A model generated the notes under the pieces. The model was not told where the DNA came from. It did not search any database and saw only the letters and a list, made by a program, of their open reading frames with translations. Below, piece after piece: positions 55,427 through 64,000 of a DNA stretch of 64,000 nucleotides. The position numbers and the translations under genes were made by a program. Source of the stretch: Actinomycetes bacterium (GTDB taxonomy: Bacteria > Actinomycetota > Acidimicrobiia > Acidimicrobiales > JAMCPL01); NCBI GenBank assembly GCA_021846515.1, contig JAJZWU010000008.1, forward strand, positions 20,729 to 84,728, given 5' to 3'. Position 1 is the first letter of the stretch. The number at the start of each line of letters is the position of its first letter.

Positions 55427-56509
55427 ATGACTTCAAAAACACCTATCAAACTGGCGATTGCGGGAATAGGTAACTGCGCGAGTTCGTTGGTACAGGGTCT
55501 GGAGTATTACAGGGATACAGATCCGGAGGAAACCATACCGGGACTCATGCACAATGTTCTCGGTGGATACCATATATCGGATATCGAGATAGTTGCAGCT
55601 TTCGACATTGACAATACCAAAGTAGGATCAGACATCTCCAAAGCCATCTTCGCCGGGCAAAATAACACCATACGCTTTGCAAAGCCCGATTACCTTGATG
55701 TAACAGTAAAGCGTGCACCCACCCTCGATGGCTATGGTACGTATTACCAACAAATGGTTGAGGAGTCGCCTGCTTCCCCGGTAGATGTAGCGGAAGAACT
55801 TGCCAACAGCGGCGCAGAAGTAATGATAAGTTACCTCCCTGTAGGGTCAGAGGATGCCCAACGCTACTATGCAGAAGCCTGCCTTAAGGCTGGGGTAGCT
55901 TTTATAAATGCCATTCCCGTATTCATTGCAAGCGACCCGGAATGGGCATCAAGGTTCACGGAGGCAAATATTCCCATAATTGGAGACGATATTAAAAGCC
56001 AGGTTGGCTCGACTATTTTGCATAGAGTAATCACCCGGCTAATGGAGGATAGAGGGGTAAATATAGACCACACCTATCAGCTCAATTTCGGTGGAAATAT
56101 GGACTTTATGAACATGCTTGAGCGTTCTCGCCTGGAATCGAAAAAGATCTCAAAAACACAGGCAGTAACGAGCCAGGTAGATATCTCACATCTGGATACC
56201 CCCGATGTACATATAGGGCCGTCTGATCACGTACCTTGGCTGCATGACCGGAAATGGGCATACATTCGTTTGGAGGGACGAAATTTTGGTGATGCACCTC
56301 TGTCGGTAGAATTAAAGCTTGAGGTATGGGACTCCCCAAATTCGGCAGGCGTGATGATAGATGCCATTCGCTGTGCTCGGCTTGCCCTGGATAGGAAGAT
56401 CGGCGGACCGCTTATTGGCCCGAGCTCTTACTTTATGAAATCGCCTCCAAAACAATACCACGATGACGTTGCACGCGATCTGGTCGAGGAGTTCATAGCC
56501 GAGCAGTAA
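55427..56509 (+). CDS. ino1: myo-inositol-1-phosphate synthase
   Basis: 360 aa. It has [23 protein letters not shown] and [15 protein letters not shown], and [11 protein letters not shown], typical of the bacterial/archaeal MIPS family. Confidence 0.9.
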   Translation: MTSKTPIKLAIAGIGNCASSLVQGLEYYRDTDPEETIPGLMHNVLGGYHISDIEIVAAFDIDNTKVGSDISKAIFAGQNNTIRFAKPDYLDVTVKRAPTLDGYGTYYQQMVEESPASPVDVAEELANSGAEVMISYLPVGSEDAQRYYAEACLKAGVAFINAIPVFIASDPEWASRFTEANIPIIGDDIKSQVGSTILHRVITRLMEDRGVNIDHTYQLNFGGNMDFMNMLERSRLESKKISKTQAVTSQVDISHLDTPDVHIGPSDHVPWLHDRKWAYIRLEGRNFGDAPLSVELKLEVWDSPNSAGVMIDAIRCARLALDRKIGGPLIGPSSYFMKSPPKQYHDDVARDLVEEFIAEQ

Positions 56510-56555
56510 CATCTTGTTCACAGCTAAAAGCCGTTACGGTCTCGCTGTTCCGTTA

Positions 56556-57962
56556 TTAGCTGCGGTTTTGCCACCACTCATCGAGGCGCCGATAGGCTTC
56601 ATCCTCCGAAAGGGGCCCCTGGTCCATTCTAAGCTCAAGCAAAAACGCCAACGCCTCTCCCACTTCACGCCCGGGAGCGATTCCAAGGTGCTCCATTACC
56701 TGCACACCATCCAGGTCGGGTCTGATGGATTCTATCTCTTCACGCTCCCTGAGCTCCGCAATACGACTTTCAAGTTCATCCATTCTGTCGTTCAGTTCCC
56801 TTGCCTTTACAGGATTTCTGGTAGTACAGTCGCACCTGGTAAGTTCATTTAGCCACTCCAGTAGTGGACCGGCATCGCGCACATATCGCCTCAGTGCACT
56901 GTCGGTCCAACCAAACCTGTAAGTGTGAAATCGAAGATGCAGCTCGACCAGGGTCGCCACAATCGATATATCCTCTGTAGAGTAACGCAGCTTTCTCATT
57001 CTTTCGCGAGCCATTCGAGCACCTACAACGTCATGGTGATAAAAAGATACACCCTGTGGCGTATATGTACGGGTCTTGGGCTTACCAACATCGTGAAAGA
57101 GCGCCGCCAGTCTGAGCAGGCGCTCCGGACTGGTCTTGTCCACTACGGACAACGTATGAGCCAGTACGTCTTTGTGGCGATGGATTGGATCCTGCTCCAG
57201 CGCCAGAGCCGGCAGCTCGGGTATAAACCTCTCTGCCAGGCCCGTATCTACAAGAAAAGCCAATCCCGGTGATGGCTTTTGGACCACAAGAAGTTTATCC
57301 AGTTCATCCCTTATTCGCTCGGGAGAAACCATCTCTATTCTGGCGGCCATCTCTGAGACGGCTGCGCTGAGCTCATCTACCGGCTGCAGACGATAACCCG
57401 CAATAAAACGAGCAGCCCTGAGCATACGCAAGGGATCCTCGTCAAACGACTTATTTGCCTCTCTCGGCGTACGCAGTGTTTTTGATGCAAGATCGGAAAG
57501 GCCATCAAATGGATCGATAAGCTCAAGGGAAGGCAATGCCAATGCCATAGAATTAACGGTAAAATCCCTGCGGATCAGATCGTCTTCAAGAGATTCACCG
57601 AATACAACAGCCGGTTTTCTTGTATCACTGCTATATACCTCAGCCCTATAAGTAGTAATTTCAAAACGTACATCACCCTTGAGACACGCTATGGTGCCAA
57701 ACTTTTTCCCCTGCTGCCAGACACTGTCAGCCCAATCTTTCACCAGGGATAGAGTCTCATCGGGAAGAGCATTCGTAGCAAAATCGTAATCTTTTGTAGA
57801 CTGGACGGCACCGGATTTATCCTCCTTCCCCTCAGCAAGTATCAGATCACGTACCGTTCCACCAACAATATACAGCTCCTTACCAGCATCTCTGAATATT
57901 CTGGCAATCTCTGAGGTTTTCCCCAACATTTCACTTGCACGTTCTGGAATCACTATGAACAC
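56556..57962 (-). CDS. cca: CCA tRNA nucleotidyltransferase / poly(A) polymerase family protein with HD domain
   Basis: It has ELYIVGGTVRDLIL, RDFTVNSMAL and the HD block HTLSVVDKT ... LFHDVGKP. Confidence 0.85.
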   Translation of the reverse strand: MFIVIPERASEMLGKTSEIARIFRDAGKELYIVGGTVRDLILAEGKEDKSGAVQSTKDYDFATNALPDETLSLVKDWADSVWQQGKKFGTIACLKGDVRFEITTYRAEVYSSDTRKPAVVFGESLEDDLIRRDFTVNSMALALPSLELIDPFDGLSDLASKTLRTPREANKSFDEDPLRMLRAARFIAGYRLQPVDELSAAVSEMAARIEMVSPERIRDELDKLLVVQKPSPGLAFLVDTGLAERFIPELPALALEQDPIHRHKDVLAHTLSVVDKTSPERLLRLAALFHDVGKPKTRTYTPQGVSFYHHDVVGARMARERMRKLRYSTEDISIVATLVELHLRFHTYRFGWTDSALRRYVRDAGPLLEWLNELTRCDCTTRNPVKARELNDRMDELESRIAELREREEIESIRPDLDGVQVMEHLGIAPGREVGEALAFLLELRMDQGPLSEDEAYRRLDEWWQNRS

Positions 57963-57996
57963 CTCACCACCACGGTAGTACTATCATCGTTTCCGT

Positions 57997-60486
57997 GTGG
58001 AAAAACAGAGCGGTGATGCGGCAGGCAATGGGATGAGGTCGCTACGGGGTAGCTTATATCATCGTAGCTTATATCGCCACATGCACAGCGCTGGATATAA
58101 GCTGAATAGAGTGACCCGTTACTCATGGTCGTTCCGCAGAATACTATATTATTGTACCGCCCAAAAAAGTGGGCATGCTCATAGGCGTTCATTTGCAATA
58201 CTATATATCATCATAGTTACAGCCATCTCAGTAGGTAGTCTGTTCGGACCGGCAAGTAAGCCGGGTACCCCACTCGGTCGACACAATACAATTGGAACAC
58301 CGGGATCAAGTGTAAGCATAGTAAACACGAACGGTATTGCCGGTATAAATACAACTGCCGACAGTAAGTCTATTGCCAACACAACTACTTCCGGAACACC
58401 GAGGTTAAACTTGATTTCCCAGTCACCCTGGGTATCGACATCCCAGCAATTTCACCTGACATTTGGACTTTCTTATACCGGTAGATCGTCAAAAGCCGGG
58501 CAATCTCATGCTTCCGCGAGTACGTCCTCAAGCAACCCGCCGTCATCACACAACCCGCCGTCCCTGCCGCTCACAGCCATACAGGGATTGCAGGTATCGG
58601 TTTCTCTATACGACCGTTTGACCAGTCAATCAGACTTCCAGGCAACCCTTACAGACATATCCAACGATTCTGTACTTGCCACATCAACCGCCATTCAATT
58701 GAGTACGCTGTATCACGGTGGAAACAGCTTTGAGCTGAGCATCTCCCTGAATAGCGCAACTGTCACTACCGCACCGAACATCGTAGATTTCAGCCTGCCC
58801 TGCACCCCCGGCAGCTCTCCCTGTCATGGGGTCTATCCTCTGCAGGTTGCACTACAAAATAGTTCTTCTTCGTCGACCTCTCCTCTATCCACATTGAACA
58901 CATACCTGACCTATGTTCACACCACCCCCGCTACTCAGCCATTGCGAGTTGGCTACATTGCTCCATTGGCAGTGCCGCCAAGCCTGCATACCTCTCCTAC
59001 TTCTACAAACGTTTCCCTGCAATCGCTTAAATCAGATATTTCAGCCATTAAAAACAATTCCCCTGTACCGATTACACTTCAGCTGGAGCCATTTGCCCTC
59101 CAGCAATTGGCATGTGCATCAAATATAAACGCCGGTATATGCTACTCTTCCACCAATAGACATACTTCTACCCAAGCAAGCACTTTGGCTCGCAGTTCCC
59201 TGCACTCACTGGAAGCAATTTCCATGTCACCGCATAGTGAAATACTATCCGGACCATACGTACCGATCAATATTGATCGACTTACAGCAGCCTCTCTCGA
59301 TAATCAAATCCACAACCAACTGGAGGAGGGTAGCCGTATATTGGCTGCTACCCATATACACTCGTATACGGACGTATGGTTGTCATCGTCGGCAATTACG
59401 AATGAGGCAGCAATAGCGTTGAGACAACAGGGTATTACCAATATAGTACTTGGCTCTTCAAACTTAAACTACCAATACACCAACCTCACACTTACCAACC
59501 CATTTACGTTGACACTGAACGACAACAGTAACGTACTGGGGTATCCAATAGACAGTAGCTCAAGCAAGATCCTCGACCAAATCAACTCAATCGGGCCAAT
59601 ACTATCTGCATATGACATAATTGCTAATTTTTCTATGGTGTATTTCGAGACTCCCTACCAATCCACTCCGCGTGGTGTCATAGCATACGACAGCCGCAAC
59701 TCTCCCCTACCTTCGCAATTTATCAATACACTACTCCAACTACTAAACGGAAATCCCATATTGAGTCCGGTGACCCTTTCTCAATACATGACACAGGTCC
59801 CACCATCAACCGGACCGGCTGCTGACAGAAGTCTATTGCCAGGCTCCAACACAGCAGCCGCCAGGGGCATGCCTACTACCCTACGTAATGATATTATTGG
59901 TTCATACAACAACCTACAGGCGTTCAAGTCGTCTTTCAGAAACGGATCTATTTTTAATAAGTTCTATGACACATTTCTCTGCTCGATGAATGTCGGCCTC
60001 TCCACACACTCCTCTGAATTGGAACTGGACAATCTAAAACGGGATATAGCATCGTATGTCTCCAATTTGTCGCTTGTGTCCGACAAAACAATTACCATAA
60101 CGTCATCGAAGGTAACCATTCCAATTACAATCGTCTCTCATCTGCACTACCCGGTAAATACACTGCTGGAACTCAGCAGCAGTGGAATTGACGCCGGAAG
60201 AACCCTCAAACAAAAAGTTATGGTCGACCATGCAACCACTGTTATATATGTACCGGTAACTATTAGAGCAACGGGGTATTTTCACATTGAAGTCAAACTA
60301 CTGTCGATGAACGGCAGGATGTCCCTGGCCTCAGCCGATCTGCCCGTTAGGTCGGCTGCTATATCTATAGTAGCTATCATCCTTTCGGTCGGGGCCATTC
60401 TGATACTGTTGGGGTGGTGGTTACATACCCTACACCTCAAGCGCAAGCCCGATTTGAAACGTCCACAGCATCTACGTACCAACTGA
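57997..60486 (+). CDS. large conserved-hypothetical membrane-anchored protein (DUF6049-like, Rv3909-position)
   Basis: 829-aa ORF. It has an N-terminal TM (FAILYIIIVTAISVGSLFG), a Ser/Thr-rich extracytoplasmic body and a C-terminal TM (AISIVAIILSVGAILILLGWW). Its position between cca and murJ mirrors the mycobacterial gene order (from memory). The start codon is uncertain. Confidence 0.6.
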   Translation: MEKQSGDAAGNGMRSLRGSLYHRSLYRHMHSAGYKLNRVTRYSWSFRRILYYCTAQKSGHAHRRSFAILYIIIVTAISVGSLFGPASKPGTPLGRHNTIGTPGSSVSIVNTNGIAGINTTADSKSIANTTTSGTPRLNLISQSPWVSTSQQFHLTFGLSYTGRSSKAGQSHASASTSSSNPPSSHNPPSLPLTAIQGLQVSVSLYDRLTSQSDFQATLTDISNDSVLATSTAIQLSTLYHGGNSFELSISLNSATVTTAPNIVDFSLPCTPGSSPCHGVYPLQVALQNSSSSSTSPLSTLNTYLTYVHTTPATQPLRVGYIAPLAVPPSLHTSPTSTNVSLQSLKSDISAIKNNSPVPITLQLEPFALQQLACASNINAGICYSSTNRHTSTQASTLARSSLHSLEAISMSPHSEILSGPYVPINIDRLTAASLDNQIHNQLEEGSRILAATHIHSYTDVWLSSSAITNEAAIALRQQGITNIVLGSSNLNYQYTNLTLTNPFTLTLNDNSNVLGYPIDSSSSKILDQINSIGPILSAYDIIANFSMVYFETPYQSTPRGVIAYDSRNSPLPSQFINTLLQLLNGNPILSPVTLSQYMTQVPPSTGPAADRSLLPGSNTAAARGMPTTLRNDIIGSYNNLQAFKSSFRNGSIFNKFYDTFLCSMNVGLSTHSSELELDNLKRDIASYVSNLSLVSDKTITITSSKVTIPITIVSHLHYPVNTLLELSSSGIDAGRTLKQKVMVDHATTVIYVPVTIRATGYFHIEVKLLSMNGRMSLASADLPVRSAAISIVAIILSVGAILILLGWWLHTLHLKRKPDLKRPQHLRTN

Positions 60487-60504
60487 TCAGAACGATTTGG
60501 GAAG

Positions 60505-62103
60505 ATGGGACAGGTGGCCGCAACAATAAGCAATAACGAAGATACGGAAAACACATCACGCAATACCATATATATGGCTGCCGGTACGGCGTTGTCCAGA
60601 CTCACCGGATTGATGCGCATATTTGCTCTGGCATACGCACTGGGTTTTGGTACGTTGGCAGACTCTTACAACCTGTCCAATACGCTTCCAAACATAATAC
60701 ACGACTTGGTACTGGGAGGAGTGTTGAGCGCCACCTTCGTGCCGGTATTCGTAGAGTACATAAGTTCCAAGCGTGAAACAGCGGAGGACGATATTTCAGC
60801 AATAGTAACTACCTCTATAGTGCTGTTGGCAATAGCCTCGCTGCTCTTTCTTGTTTTGGCTCCTTATATAGTCAATTTTATAGACCTATACGCTACTTCG
60901 GGTGTACATAGCCATGAGCTGCCACTAACTGTAGACCTTCTGAGACTTTTCACACCTCAACTTGCCTGTTACGGATTGTTTGGTTTGATAACCTCGTTGC
61001 TCAATGCACATAGAAAATTTGCACTGCCGGCATTTGCCCCGATAGCAAACAATATTTCCACCATAGCGGTATTAGTTGCATTTGGCCTGCTTGCAAGGAA
61101 CCCTAATGCCGTATGGCTCAGTCATCATACCAGTCTGCTCATGCTCTTGGGGCTGGGTACGACCTTTGGAATCTTTCTTCAACTAATAATACTTCTTCCC
61201 AGCATTCGTAGTCTCCACTTACGATTGCACTGGAATCCTTCTTTTTTTTCGCCCCCCGTAAAGAAAATCGCGCATTTGGGAGCATGGACATTGGGGTTCA
61301 TAATAGCCAACCAGATCTCTCTGTTAATCGTCCTTATGATCGCACAACATTTAGAGGTGGGAGCCGTCTCTGCCTATACCTATGCATACTCATTCTTTCA
61401 GGTACCATTTGGAATTATTACGGTTTCAGTAATGGCCACAGCCGTACCTGCTCTTGCCGGTAGCTGGCTACGCAATGATGTCTCAGTATTCAATAAACTT
61501 TTTTCAGTGGGACTTCTGCGAATTATAGCCATAGTGATACCAGCCATGGCGGTAGAGGTCATCACAGCAAGACCTTTAATAGCTCTACTACTGGGTCATG
61601 GAGCTGGCAACTTTAACAATACTGCAGCCACCGGAGAGGCACTTGCGATGCTGGCACTTGGGCTTCCGGGGTTTTCCGTCTTTATGTACTGTATGGCCAC
61701 ATTCCAGTCAATCCAGCGTATGAAGACTGTATTTGTCTTGTACTTTATACAGAACTGTATAAACATCATACTTGCCTTTTTATTACCTACAGTAATAGGA
61801 CTGAGAGGGCTTATGCTCTCGATCGCCCTATCTTACGATGTAATGGCCATAGTTGCCCTAATCCTCATCGCACGCAGGTTATTACCGGACAATTTTCGTT
61901 TTCCCTGGCGGATTGTGCTCAGAATATGCATAGCTACCCTGTTCATGTCATTGGCCATTGCAGCTGGATTAAGTATATCTGGATCGGATACGACTCAATG
62001 GCTGATTATCCGGGTGGGCACAGCGCTGGTGGGCGGGGGCATGCTTTACCTTTTGATCTCTATACTGCTCGGAGTAATTGACAGGGGAATACGTCATGTG
62101 TGA
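60505..62103 (+). CDS. murJ: lipid II flippase MurJ/MviN
   Basis: 532 aa with about 14 TM helices. The N-terminal block is AGTALSRLTGLMRIFALAYALGFGTLADSYNLSNTLPNIIHDLVLGGVLSATFVPVF. Confidence 0.9.
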   Translation: MGQVAATISNNEDTENTSRNTIYMAAGTALSRLTGLMRIFALAYALGFGTLADSYNLSNTLPNIIHDLVLGGVLSATFVPVFVEYISSKRETAEDDISAIVTTSIVLLAIASLLFLVLAPYIVNFIDLYATSGVHSHELPLTVDLLRLFTPQLACYGLFGLITSLLNAHRKFALPAFAPIANNISTIAVLVAFGLLARNPNAVWLSHHTSLLMLLGLGTTFGIFLQLIILLPSIRSLHLRLHWNPSFFSPPVKKIAHLGAWTLGFIIANQISLLIVLMIAQHLEVGAVSAYTYAYSFFQVPFGIITVSVMATAVPALAGSWLRNDVSVFNKLFSVGLLRIIAIVIPAMAVEVITARPLIALLLGHGAGNFNNTAATGEALAMLALGLPGFSVFMYCMATFQSIQRMKTVFVLYFIQNCINIILAFLLPTVIGLRGLMLSIALSYDVMAIVALILIARRLLPDNFRFPWRIVLRICIATLFMSLAIAAGLSISGSDTTQWLIIRVGTALVGGGMLYLLISILLGVIDRGIRHV

Positions 62104-62174
62104 CACGATATACTCACTGTGTCGCACTACTCAATAAAGATATAAGCTAATATACGCTAAGGAGGTTTTCCATC

Positions 62175-63026
62175 ATGATAAAAATTATTACTGACAGCGC
62201 ATGTGATATTCCAGATGAACTGCTGGGTTCCAATAATATAGATATGGTTCCCCTCACAATACGCTTCGGTAACCAGGAATTCAAGGACAGGGTAGAGCTG
62301 TCCACATCAAAATTTTGGGACATGCTTGACGATAAGGGAATCATGCCTCAGACCTCAGCACCATCACCGGGCGATTTTCAGCAGACATTCGATAAGGCTG
62401 TATCACAAGGGGCAACAGGCATCTTGTGCTTGACCATTTCTTCCGGCCTGTCCGCTACATACCAATCAGCTCTTACTGCTTCTCAGGGTTTCCAGGACTC
62501 TGTGCCGGTTATTGTAGTAGACACACAGAACGTTTCTATGGGTGAAGGTATTTTGGTGCTAAAAGCGGCAGAATTGGTGGCACAAAAGCTGGAAATTGAA
62601 GAGGTGCACAGACAGATACTGAACTCAAGGAACGATATCCATGTATTTGCGGTAATAGATGACCTGGAATTTCTAAGACGGGGTGGCCGTATTGGCGGGG
62701 CTTCTGCCTTTTTGGGTTCAGTACTCTCCATTAAGCCGGTAGTGGTAGTAAAAAATGGAAGAATAGAGCCGGAATCAAAGCAGCGTACAAGAACCAGAGC
62801 GGTAGACTACCTGGCAGGCAAGGCTGCTACGTGCAGTCCAATAAAAGTATATGTAGCAAACGGAAGGTCTGAGGATGCCGGGGTTCTTGTCAAGAAACTA
62901 AGTACGCTCGATTTGCCTATCAAACCTGAGCTGGTTGAGTTGAGCGCTGTTGTAGGAAGCCATGTGGGGCCTGGATCCCTTGGTTTGTGTATGGAAGCGC
63001 AAAAAAAGGAGGGTCATGTCGCCTGA
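62175..63026 (+). CDS. DegV family fatty-acid-binding protein
   Basis: It has IKIITDSACDIP ... TSAPSPGDF ... LTISSGLSATYQSA ... VDTQNVSMGEG. Confidence 0.85.
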   Translation: MIKIITDSACDIPDELLGSNNIDMVPLTIRFGNQEFKDRVELSTSKFWDMLDDKGIMPQTSAPSPGDFQQTFDKAVSQGATGILCLTISSGLSATYQSALTASQGFQDSVPVIVVDTQNVSMGEGILVLKAAELVAQKLEIEEVHRQILNSRNDIHVFAVIDDLEFLRRGGRIGGASAFLGSVLSIKPVVVVKNGRIEPESKQRTRTRAVDYLAGKAATCSPIKVYVANGRSEDAGVLVKKLSTLDLPIKPELVELSAVVGSHVGPGSLGLCMEAQKKEGHVA

Positions 63027-63333
63027 ACATTATGATTATTCGTCTCAGCATGACGATTGGGCTCACCGCGTTACAGCCAATCTGGAGTCTCTTGTTAATA
63101 AAGCATACAATCTCACTGTAAGACCTGCTTATTTTATAGGCAGAATGGTGACCTTTGGCATGATTATTGCGGTTCTTGTACTAATAAGTTCAATTACCCT
63201 ATATATTGGTATAATAAGGCTGCTTAACGTATATGCATTTAATGGCAGAATCTGGATTTCAGATCTGTTGGTTGGCTTATTTATGACAGTTGTAGGATTT
63301 TTTCTGTGGTCTAAACGTAAACGCAGCTTGTGA
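63016..63333 (+). CDS. small hypothetical membrane protein (2 TM)
   Basis: ATG 63016 is preceded by AAGGAGGG and overlaps the degV stop. 105 aa with two hydrophobic helices. I recognised no family. Confidence 0.5.
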   Translation: MSPEHYDYSSQHDDWAHRVTANLESLVNKAYNLTVRPAYFIGRMVTFGMIIAVLVLISSITLYIGIIRLLNVYAFNGRIWISDLLVGLFMTVVGFFLWSKRKRSL

Positions 63334-63354
63334 CAGAGTAATGGAGCTGATGTT

Positions 63355-64000
63355 ATGACAGATTATTTTGATAAAATACATAATGTAGTTATATTAGGAT
63401 CAGGGCCCGCTGGCTATACTGCTGCTATCTATACCTCCAGAGCTACCCTGGATCCTCTTTTGATAGAGGGAGAGGCTGACCCTACAGGTGATCAACCTGG
63501 TGGTCAATTAATGCTAACTACCGATATAGAAAACTATCCTGGATTTCCCGATGGAATAGAGGGGGCAGAATTGATGGCACACTTTCGTGCACAGGCGGAA
63601 CGTTTTGGTACAACAATAATTTCCGGTAAGGCCACCGGCGTAGATCTGTCATCTTCTCCATTCTCAATATGGATAAGCGATTCCGACAATATTGATAAGC
63701 CTATTAGAAGTCACAGTCTTATTATAGCTACAGGTGCACACTCCCTTCGTCTGAACGTTCCCGGAGAAGAGCGTCTAATTGGTCATGGTGTCTCGACATG
63801 TGCTACCTGCGATGGCTTTTTCTTTCGTGATCAAAATATAGCAGTTGTGGGTGGTGGTGATTCCGCATTTGAAGAGGCAATATTTCTAACACATTTTGCA
63901 CGCCACGTAACAATAATCCACAGACGTGATGAGTTCAGAGCATCTCACATAATGGTAGAACGAGCCAGGTCAAATGACAAGATATCTTTCCTCCTAAGTT
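63355..64000 (+). CDS. trxB: thioredoxin-disulfide reductase (partial, runs off the window end)
   Basis: This ORF is not in the ORF track because it has no stop in the window. Manual translation from ATG 63355 gives MTDYFDKIHNVVILGSGPAGYTAAIY ... GVSTCATCDGFFF (redox CATC) ... IAVVGGGDSAFEEA. Confidence 0.85.
   Translation, partial: MTDYFDKIHNVVILGSGPAGYTAAIYTSRATLDPLLIEGEADPTGDQPGGQLMLTTDIENYPGFPDGIEGAELMAHFRAQAERFGTTIISGKATGVDLSSSPFSIWISDSDNIDKPIRSHSLIIATGAHSLRLNVPGEERLIGHGVSTCATCDGFFFRDQNIAVVGGGDSAFEEAIFLTHFARHVTIIHRRDEFRASHIMVERARSNDKISFLLS

Noticed and set aside
61242-61257. Homopolymer tracts T8 and C6 inside murJ (CTTTTTTTTCGCCCCCCG) as a possible phase-variation or frameshift site.
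   Set aside because: The reading frame is intact and encodes a plausible loop (NPSFFSPPVKK). murJ is normally essential, so programmed slippage is unlikely. I note it only as an error-prone spot for sequencing.

Overview
This is a 64-kb chromosomal window of about 50% GC (by eye) with about 50 densely packed protein-coding genes on both strands. I recognised no rRNA, tRNA, CRISPR array, transposase or integrase. Gene content and local order point to Actinomycetota, plausibly an Acidimicrobiia-like lineage (inference). The supporting blocks are ctaC-ctaD-ctaF with the actinobacterial subunit IV, rpsF-ssb-rpsR-rplI, DUF5318-PadR-ino1, and cca-DUF6049-murJ...trxB. Core genes include ispE, the aa3 oxidase genes, tatD, rsmA, tatA, acs, metG, rsmI, ychF, a NifU-like gene, the S6/SSB/S18/L9 operon, panB, ino1, cca, murJ, degV and trxB (which runs off the right edge). 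Several accessory-looking stretches are interspersed, and no single one is demonstrably a new system from sequence alone. (1) 6.8-12.7 kb is a minus-strand lipid/aldehyde catabolic operon with a TetR regulator. (2) 16.8-24.5 kb encodes a Liv-type ABC importer whose two permeases and two ATPases are fused into one 1405-aa polypeptide, flanked by two paralogous membrane-anchored binding proteins. (3) 26-30.6 kb encodes a membrane-anchored MurF-like ligase translationally coupled to a Tat-lipoprotein phospholipase C/acid phosphatase-family enzyme, next to a GH5 lipoprotein. (4) 32.8-36.2 kb holds a minimal merA locus with a MerR/CueR-type operator-promoter, no merR/merT/merP, a CaCA-family membrane protein downstream and a truncated trpB2 remnant at its edge. 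(5) 40.6-47.7 kb encodes a fused nucleotidyltransferase-HEPN protein next to a 2042-aa secreted multidomain protein. That protein carries 14 near-identical Cys-pair repeats, an FN3 domain, a beta-helix region, two IPT/TIG domains and three copies of an unnamed C-terminal module. The best second-look candidates are the giant repeat protein with its NT-HEPN neighbour, the MurF-like/phosphoesterase pair, the four-domain fused ABC importer, the regulator-less mer locus, and ribosomal protein S18 with a roughly 110-aa acidic tail. All functional calls come from motif recognition by eye; no database search was run.
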